64,000 nt of DNA from Eledone cirrhosa (taxonomy: Eukaryota): NCBI GenBank assembly GCA_964016885.1, contig OZ024764.1, positions 15,190,001 to 15,254,000 of the forward strand, read 5' to 3'. Both the position numbers and the translations under genes were made by a program. This document shows, piece by piece, positions 55,745 through 64,000 of the stretch; within the stretch, counting starts at the first letter, position 1, and each line of letters begins with the position of its first letter. The notes under the pieces were generated by a model that saw only the letters and a program-made list of their open reading frames with translations, searched no databases and was not told where the DNA came from.

Positions 55745-55941
55745 ATGTATATATACACACAAACACCCAGTATTCACTGTAAATGAGGTTGGCACTAGGA
55801 AAGGCATCTACCTGTAGAAACCAAGCCAAAATCAGTTGTGTATGTGCAAGACATGACGACCTGACCTAGTATTGCCCACAACAGGACAACTCATCTAACC
55901 CATGGTAGGGTGGAAAAGTAGACGTTAAACAGTGGTGATGA

Positions 55942-55998
<57 letters not shown>

Positions 55999-56001
<3 letters not shown>

Positions 56002-57270
56002 CATCATCATCATTTTACGTCCACTTTCCCTGCTTTCAAGGGTGAGATGGGTCCTATTCAGCACAGCTTCTCTCCACTTGTCACGGTCCTCCGTCATCTC
56101 TTCTGTGAGATTCAGCAATCTGAGGCCAGCTCTCACTACCTCCGCCCATGTTTTTCGTGGTCTTCCTTCCACTGGGATTTCCTGACATTTCTTCACCCAT
56201 CGGTCATCCTCCATGTACATCACATGTCCATACCATCTCAGTCTTCTCTCTCACACACTACAACTTATCCCTCTTATACACAGTTTCTCTCTCAACACAT
56301 CACATGTCCATACCATCTCACTCTTCTCTCCCACACACCACAACTTATCCCTCTTAAACACAGTTTCTCTCTCAACACATCACATGTCCATACCATCTCA
56401 CTCTTCTCTCCCACACACCACAACTTATCCCTCTTATACCGTTTCTCTCTCAACACATCACATGTCCATACCATCTCAGTCTTCTCTCCCACACACCACA
56501 ACTTATCCCTCTTATACACAGTTTCTCTCTCAACACATCACATGTCCATACCATCTCAGTCTTCTCTCCTACACACCACAACTTATCCCTCTTATACCGT
56601 TTCTCTCTCAACACATCACATGTCCATACCATCTCAGTCTTCTCTCCCACACACCACAACTTATCCCTCTTATACACAGTTTCTCTCTCAACACATCACA
56701 TGTCCATACCATCTCAGTCTTCTCTCCTACACACCACAACTTATCCCTCTTATACCGTTTCTCTCTCAACACATCACATGTCCATACCATCTCAGTCTTC
56801 TCTCCCACACACCACAACTTATCCCTCTTATACACAGTTTCTCTCTCAACACATCACATGTCCATACCATCTCAGTCTTCTCTCCTACACACCACAACTT
56901 ATCCCTCTTATACCGTTTCTCTCTCAACACATCACATGTCCATACCATCTCAGTCTTCTCTCCCACACACCACAACTTATCCCTCTTATACCCAGTTCCT
57001 CTCTCAACACATCACATGTCCATACCATCTCAGTCTTCTCTCCTACACACTACAACGACATTGCACATCCAACGGAGCATGCTTGCCTCATTTCTCTCCA
57101 GCCGTCGCATATCCTCTGCAGTTGCTGCCCATGTCTCACTACCATGCAGCATCGCGCATCTCACACAGGCATCATATAACCGGCCTTTCGTACACAGGGA
57201 GAAACCCTTCTTTGTCAGCAGAGGAAGCAGCTCCCTAAACTTCTTCCAACCCGTCCTTATTCTAGATACT
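55999..57270 (-). mobile_element. RTE LINE 3' fragment with internal 80/78-bp array (56217-57055)
   Basis: [45 protein letters not shown]...[16 protein letters not shown], then the array, then EDDRWVKKCQEIPVEGRPRKTW. Confidence 0.92.
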
Positions 57271-57271
57271 G

Positions 57272-57350
<79 letters not shown>

Positions 57351-57508
57351 ATGTGTATATATATATATATGTATGTATATATAAATAAATAAACACACAT
57401 ATATGTACATACTCACACTCAGACACGAACACGTCTATGTAAATACATGTGTACATGTATATATATATTTATATATACACATAAATGGTAAGAGAGAAAG
57501 AGGGGTAC

Positions 57509-57625
57509 CTTGTCTTCTGAGGTGAGTTCATCATAGGGTACCTTCTCAGGGAGATAGTTGTGGATTAGAGCACAGAATGCGAGGCCATCATTCCAACTGC
57601 TGCTGAAGTTTGTGATGTCAACAGC
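57509..57625 (-). CDS. SPECC1L: SPECC1L-like exon, CH domain: [39 protein letters not shown]
   Basis: Found by manual translation (not in ORF track); 117 nt, phase 0/0; acceptor ctctccag|, donor AAG|gtaccc; [18 protein letters not shown] is the canonical CH motif. Confidence 0.95.
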
Positions 57626-57804
57626 CTGGAGAGATAGAGATAGATAGATAGATAGATAGATATATACTGGCAGTTATATATATGTATATATATAAAGTTG
57701 TAGTTCCTGTCTAAAGGGTTAAACAATGAAAACCAAAACATAATTTAAGAAATAAAACCCATTAAAAACACAATTTAATGAATGGAAAACCCATTAAAAT
57801 ACAA

Positions 57805-58098
57805 TCTATATATATAAAGTTGTAGTTCCTGTCTGTCTGTTTGTTTGTTCACGAACTCCTCCTATGGTTTTAGAGATAGACCCCCATAAACATATATATT
57901 CTGAAACTACATTGCCCAGGGTACTTAGATAAGTAGATTTTATTTTAATCAAAGGGTTACCCGGAGGCACAAACCCCTGCTGAAAATGTTTTTTCTTTGA
58001 TTTATATGAAATTTAAACCATAAGTAAATGACAAGATGTGATGCCTAGTCACAACATTTCAGCAAATTTCAATAATATTAAGACACCCTAATAGCTAG
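57805..58098 (+). mobile_element. Helitron-like non-autonomous element; second copy at 63817-63960
   Basis: Starts a|TCTATATATATAAAG, contains (GTCT)n and has CTAG near 58095; duplicated together with about 90 bp of upstream flank (57716-57804 vs 63697-63816). Confidence 0.45.
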
Positions 58099-58533
58099 AT
58101 AGATATATATATAGATATGTTTCTTTATTAGCCACAGGGGCACAAAAGAAGGGGACAAATACAAAGGGGGAAGTTTACATACAATAAAAACGTGTAAAAT
58201 ATTATCACAAATACAATTGAAAAATTAATCGATTTTCCCCAATAGGGGGAGACATTACATATGGGTAATACATACCCCCGAAAAAATGTGCAACCCTCAT
58301 CTCCAGGAGTACGAAGAGTGAGTACCCCTTTCCTCTCTTCCTCTCCTCCTCAACACAGACACACAGAGGTGTAGACACCACTGCATTGCTTTCAATCTGA
58401 TAACTTACATTATAGCTTAGAATAAACGCTGTTATCTCCCTTGGTACAACGTGGTTTAGTGTGTGTGTGTGTGCGTGTATCACCATGCACCAACCTACAC
58501 ACCCCTACAACAGTACAATGTAATCAGACTTAC

Positions 58534-58660
58534 ATTATAACTCAGGGTCTTCTGTTGACACCACTTGAGAAGGGCGTTTCTCTTTGAGCCACCCATCAGT
58601 CTTGCAAGTCCCCCCAAGGGGTCTTTGGCAGCAACCTCCTTTCGTTCCAGTTCTGTACAG
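58534..58660 (-). CDS. SPECC1L: SPECC1L-like exon, start of CH domain: (C)[42 protein letters not shown]
   Basis: Acceptor tttctcccctcag|C completes the phase-2 codon TG+C; donor AAT|gtaagt; [13 protein letters not shown] is the SPECC1-family CH-domain entry motif. Confidence 0.93.
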
Positions 58661-58687
58661 CTGAGGGGAGAAACATACAAGAAAAAA

Positions 58688-59881
58688 TGAAAGACAGTCT
58701 ATGTCATTAACCCTCTAATTACCATATATCTAATGAAAGACACTGTCTATGTCATTAACCCTTTCACTACCATATTTCTAATGAAAGACAGTCTATGTCA
58801 TTAACCCTTTCATTACCATATATCTAATGAAAGACACTGTCTATGTCATTAACCCTTTCACTACCATATTTCTAATGAAAGGCACTGTCTATGTCATTAA
58901 CCCTTTCATTACCATATATCTAATGAAAGACACTGTCTATGTCATTAACCCTTTCACTACCATATTTCTAAAGAAAGACACTGTCTATGTCATTAACCCT
59001 TTCATTACCATATTTCTAATGAGAGACACTGTCTATGTCATTAACCCTTTCACTACCATATTTCTAATGAAAGACACTGTCTATGTCATTAACCCTTTCA
59101 TTACCATATATCTAATGAAAGACACTGTCTATGTCATTAACCCTTTCACTACCATATTTCTAATGAAAGACACTGTCTATGTCATTAACCCTTTCATTAC
59201 CATATATCTAATGAAAGACACTGTCTATGTCATTAACCCTTTCACTACCATATTTCTAAAGAAAGACACTGTCTATGTCATTAACCCTTTCATTACCATA
59301 TTTCTAATGAGAGACACTGTCTATGTCATTAACCCTTTCATTACCTTATTTCTAATGAAAGACACTGTCTATGTCATTAACCCTTTCACTACCATACTTC
59401 TAATGAAAGACACTATCTATGTCATTAACCCTTTCATTACCATATTTCTAATGAAAGACACTGTCTATGTCATTAACCCTTTCACTACCATACTTCTAAT
59501 GAAAGACACTGTCTATGTCATTAACCCTTTCATTACCATATTTCTAATGAAAGACACTGTCTATGTCATTAACCCTTTCACTACCATACTTCTAATGAAA
59601 GACACTGTCTATGTCATTAACCCTTTCATTACCATATTTCTAATGAAAGACACTGTCTATGTCATTAACCCTTTCACTACCATACTTCTAATGAAAGACA
59701 CTGTCTATGTCATTAACCCTTTCATTACCATATATCTAATGAAAGACACTGTCTATGTCATTAACCCTTTCACTACCATATTTCTAATGAAAGACACTGT
59801 CTATGTCATTAACCCTTTCATTACCATATTTCTAATGAAAGACACTGTCTATGTCATTAACCCTTTCATTACCATATTTCT
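58688..59881. repeat. 48-bp minisatellite, about 25 copies, filling a SPECC1L intron
   Basis: Unit ctatgtcattaaccctttca(c/t)taccatatttctaatgaaagacactgt. Confidence 0.97.
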
Positions 59882-59949
59882 ATGGTGTAGCTATTTAATT
59901 TAAAGTACAATAATGAAGGGTTCGTTCAATAGATTAAAGTTTTCCTTAC

Positions 59950-62900
59950 CAGATGCCACTGTTACGCCGACTGCTACTGCGCGAGCACAGTATGGACGAG
60001 ATGGACGGTGACACTTTCGTTGAATGGTCAGGCTCACTGCGGTTGTTTTGTGGGGCAGATTTCAAATCCTTGCCTTTCTCAAACGCAGTGCCAAGTGGTT
60101 GCAGGGGAGAAAGCTTCTCTGCAGCTGGTCGCTTCAGGGCTGACCTTAGGGTCATCTCAGATGTTGCAGTGGCGGCAGCGGAGGAGGTGGTGGCGGTGGT
60201 GAGGGTTGGTGAGGAGGTGGAGGAGAAGTCGGTGGGTGTCGACGGTGAATTGGGATCAGCAAGGTCCCGATCTCTCTCGGTAGAGGGCGACAGAGGGCAA
60301 CACACTAGCTCCTGTGAGCTACGCCGTGAGCTGTTCTCGCTCGAGTGAATTGAAGAATTTCCACTCTTCACCTGGTCCTCAATAGATCGAATCAGGTTCT
60401 TCACAGATATTGTTTGGTTCTTACTGTCCATGCGACGCCCTTCCCGTAGGGCTATTAACTCCCGGTCAACCGAGTTAATCATCTTGCCCTTCAGCTCGGC
60501 TGGTGTGAAGATCGGTTTTGATGTCCTTTCGTCCCACGTTCGCAGTTTCACATTGTCCAGTTCGTCCTTTGATTTGGACAGTTGGTTCTGAAGGGACTTC
60601 AGCCTCTCCCGCATCGAAGCGTTCTCACAGACCAGGCGCTCCATGTCTTCCTGGGTCTCCGTGCGGAAGTCGTTAGCAATAACCACCGCTACTTGCAAAT
60701 CTTTCTGGAATTGCTTCCATTCTTCAGATTCTTCCTCGTGCCGGTGGTGGACATCATGAAGCTCTGACTCCACCACCAGTTTCTGCCGGTGAACGTCCTT
60801 CATCTCCGACTGCAGTTCTTGGATCTTGGAGTTGCACCTCTTCACGTCGTCGCGGTAACGGTCACAGTCTTGTTCCAGCTGCTCTATGTGGTCTCGCAGG
60901 CTTTCCTCCTCCTGTTGGATGTCCACCCTCTCCTTCTGCATAACATCCACCTTCAGTTCGAGTTCGGAGATCCTCGTCTTTGAGTTTGACTTGAGCCCCC
61001 TCACTTCTTCGTCGCGCGCCACGATGACTCCTCGCAACTTCTCCACTTCTCGTTGCAGTAGCAGCACCTCCTCAGTAACATTAGTCAGCTTCACTTCCAT
61101 CTCAGACTTCTCCTTACGTGTGTCCAGTAGTATCTGGTCCAGGTCAGACATGTTGTCCTGGGCCCTCTGTACTTGCTCAAGTTTCTCCACCTTCGACTTC
61201 TCACACTCTAGCATCGTCTTATAACGGGTCATTTCGATCCTGTCGTCAGACAGGGACCTCTTCATCTCACTCATCTCCTTCTCCGCGCTGACCTTCTCCT
61301 CAACGAGGGCCTCCACCTCACTCTGGAAGAGCTGGTTTTTGTTCCGGAGGGTGCTGACAATCTCCTGGGCCTCCCTGTTCTCTGTAATGGCCATCTGTAA
61401 CTCGTTGGAATACTCATCCTGTTTCCTCAGCAGCTCCTCTCGCTCAATCGAGGCCCCCTTCAGCAGATCAATCATCTGCTGTTCTCGCTCTGTGCTGTTT
61501 ATCAGGCTGCTGTTGATGAGCAATGACTTCAGGTGCTCCAGCTGGGTACGACAGTGCTCCAGCTTTTCCGTCTGGGTACACAGGGACTCGAGTACCACCC
61601 CTCGTTCATCGGCCAGCTTCTCGTTGTCTTCGGTCAGCTCGTTGACCATGTCCTGAAGGTCCCCAAGCTCTTGTAATGTGGCCTGAAGCTCCTCATTCGT
61701 GCTGTAGTGGGTCTCCTCCATCTGGAGTATCCTCTCGGTGAGGCACGCCACCGACACTTCACTCATCGCGTCACTGCTTTTGTTGCTCTGCTTATCCCAG
61801 CCAACATTGTCCAATGACAGCTCTGAAGGATGATCAGGGGTTCGACACAGGTCGCGTAACATCAACCCCCCGGGTTCTGACAGTGGATAATCAGGAACGT
61901 ACGACCTCCTGCTACCACTGCCGTCACCAGCCTCACCCCCAGGGCAGGGTACTCCTCCTCGTAAGACGTCGAAATTCGACAAGTTATCACAGCTTACGCT
62001 TGCCAGCATCCCATCATTGCTGCTCCCTCCTCCATCCACGGCCCCAACTTCACTCTGACTCAAAGACAAGGGGCTCATGTTTTTCTTCTCTCCAGAATCC
62101 CTATCTTCGTTCCCTGCCTCTGTCAGATCCGAGGACATTAGTCCATCATTTTCCTGTTCCATGGAAATGCCAAACGCCTTCAAGCGCTCCTGGAGAGCCT
62201 TGTTCTGGTTTCTGAGGCTCTCACACTCTTCCCTGAGGTCCTGCGATGGGATCTGTTCCTTGAGGTTGCGGATCTCATATTTGTGTTTTTCAATCTCTGC
62301 TTTCCGACCTTCCGTAATCTGAATCAACTCGGAGATCCGAGCTTCCAGCGCCTTCTTCTCGCGCTCAAAGTTTGCCAACAGTTCCGCATTGTAGGCCATC
62401 ACGTCTGCGGGAGCTGAGGTCCTCTTGCGCACCGCCTTGTCCTTGCTCATGCTCTGCGAGCTGTGGGCCCGCTTCATTGAGGGCGTGTGGGCCGCCTTGT
62501 TGTTGGCTCCAGAGTGAAGCCCCGACGACACAGACGCCGACATTATTCCTCCCGCCGTTGTTGCCGTCGACATCAAACCTCCCTTACCGGTCCTGTCGAT
62601 GTTCTGTGTGCTCGACGCTTTGCGCATCGTCGAGGGCCCAGACGTGCCAGAGGCGCTGGTGGTGTGGGTCGTCGTTTTCCCACATCTATTAGCCATCGTC
62701 GCAGACGATGATGATGTTGCTGGCGTTGTCGACGCTGACACTGATGATGATGTGGGAGCCGAAGGTCCACCCGTCGTGTGCCCAGGTTTAGCATTGTTCT
62801 TCTCCTTCTCCTTAAGGACATTCTCTTTATTGCTGCTGCTCCCCCTGTGGCTGGCCCCAGTTCCTCCGCTTCCCCCACTACCAGCCCTGGGCCGGTCGGG

Positions 62901-63350
62901 GAGCAGCGATAGTTGCTTCTTCTTCTTCTGTTGTGGCTGCTGATGATGATGGTTATTGTGATGTGCGCTGCTGGTGACAGTGGTGGCGTGGGTGGTGAGG
63001 TTCTCATGGCTTTTGCTCAGGTATTGCTTGCCCAGTGGCGCCCCCATCGTTTTTCTCGTTGAGGGTGTTGAGGTTGAGATCGTGCTGAGGCCAGAGTTTT
63101 CAGATTTCGATCTCATAGAAGCTGTTGTTGCTGTTGTTGCTGTTGTTGTTGTTGCTGCTGTTGTTGCTGTTGTTGTTGTTGCTGCTGCTGCTGCTGTTGT
63201 TGCTGCTGTTGTTGCTGCTGCTGCTGTTGTTTCGTTGCTGCTGCTGGTGTTGGCTGACGTCGTGGTTACAGAGGTAGTGTTGCTGTTGGCAACCAGCATC
63301 TTTGCAGGGCACTTCTCTTGTTTCTTCATAGCAAACTTTGGAACAATTTT
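59950..63350 (-). CDS. SPECC1L: Cytospin-A/SPECC1L-like gene, large exon (3401 nt; first ATG at 63329): low-complexity N-terminus and long coiled coil
   Basis: 1127-codon ORF with coiled-coil motifs typical of SPECC1/SPECC1L (SEVSVACLTERILQMEETHYSTNEELQATLQEL; EWKQFQKDLQVAVVIANDF; ISVKNLIRSIE). Acceptor ttctctctag| at 63351 and phase-2 donor TG|gtaagg at 59949. The 21 nt between acceptor and ATG are in frame and open, so an upstream coding exon outside the window is possible. Confidence 0.93.
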
Positions 63351-64000
63351 CTAGAGAGAAAAAGACAAATGTATTATTTCATAAACAAACCCTTTAAAAA
63401 AAAAAAAAAAGAGATTTAATGAATAAAAGCAATACGAGAACACCGCCACCCACACCCACACCACCACCCACACCGCCACACACACCACCACCCACACCGC
63501 CACCCACCCCACCACCCACACCGCCACCCACACCACCACACACATAATATCTCACACAATATTGAATCTATGAGATTTTGATGTTATTTATTTTGAGAAC
63601 AATACCTAAACATCAGTATGAGTGGCCAGTTACAGCCAGTTTGAACAAAAAGAGGTGAGAGAATACTGACCGGATATAGCCGGTTTAAACACTAAGGGGT
63701 TAAAGAATGAAAACCAAACCATAGTTTAAGAAATAAAACCCATTAAAAACACAATTTAATGAATGGAAAAGCCATTAAAATACAATTTAATGAATGGAAA
63801 ACCCATTAAAATGCAATCTATATATATAAAGTTGTAGTTCCTGTCTGTTTGTTCACGAACTCCTCCTATGGTGTGGGAGATAGACCCCTATAAACATATA
63901 TAGACTGAAACTACATTGACCAGGGTACTGGGATAAGTATATTTCATTTTAATCAAAGGGTTGGTGTCAATGGTGGTGGTGGTGGTGTCAGTGTTAGTGG

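Noticed and set aside
58827-59903. 358-aa repeat ORF
   Set aside because: 48-bp intronic array, antisense to SPECC1L.
59953-63354. Plus-strand and alternative-frame ORFs over the large exon
   Set aside because: Shadow ORFs of the GC-rich SPECC1L exon.

Overview
Eukaryotic, AT-rich DNA saturated with (TA)n/(CA)n microsatellites. The repeat families look like those of a coleoid cephalopod such as octopus (inference). One protein-coding gene is well supported: a minus-strand cytospin-A/SPECC1L-like gene with five coding exons (63350-59950, 58660-58534, 57625-57509, 55392-55333, 53756-53655). It gives about 1261 aa from the first ATG, with a long coiled coil and a C-terminal calponin-homology domain. 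Three of these exons are absent from the ORF track. The rest is transposon debris: tRNA-derived SINEs, RTE, CR1/L2, CRE and Tx1-like LINE fragments, piggyBac- and hAT-like MITEs and a Helitron-like element. Two patterns stand out. (1) At least 11 type I hammerhead ribozyme motifs with intact cores, from several sequence families, mostly in short (TA)n-flanked elements that often carry inverted repeats (Penelope-LTR/retrozyme-like). (2) Many 48-116 bp minisatellites that are internal expansions of transposon segments, with the same unit recurring at separate loci. Almost all other ORFs in the track are microsatellite or tandem-repeat artefacts. All family assignments come from motif recognition by eye; no database search was run.
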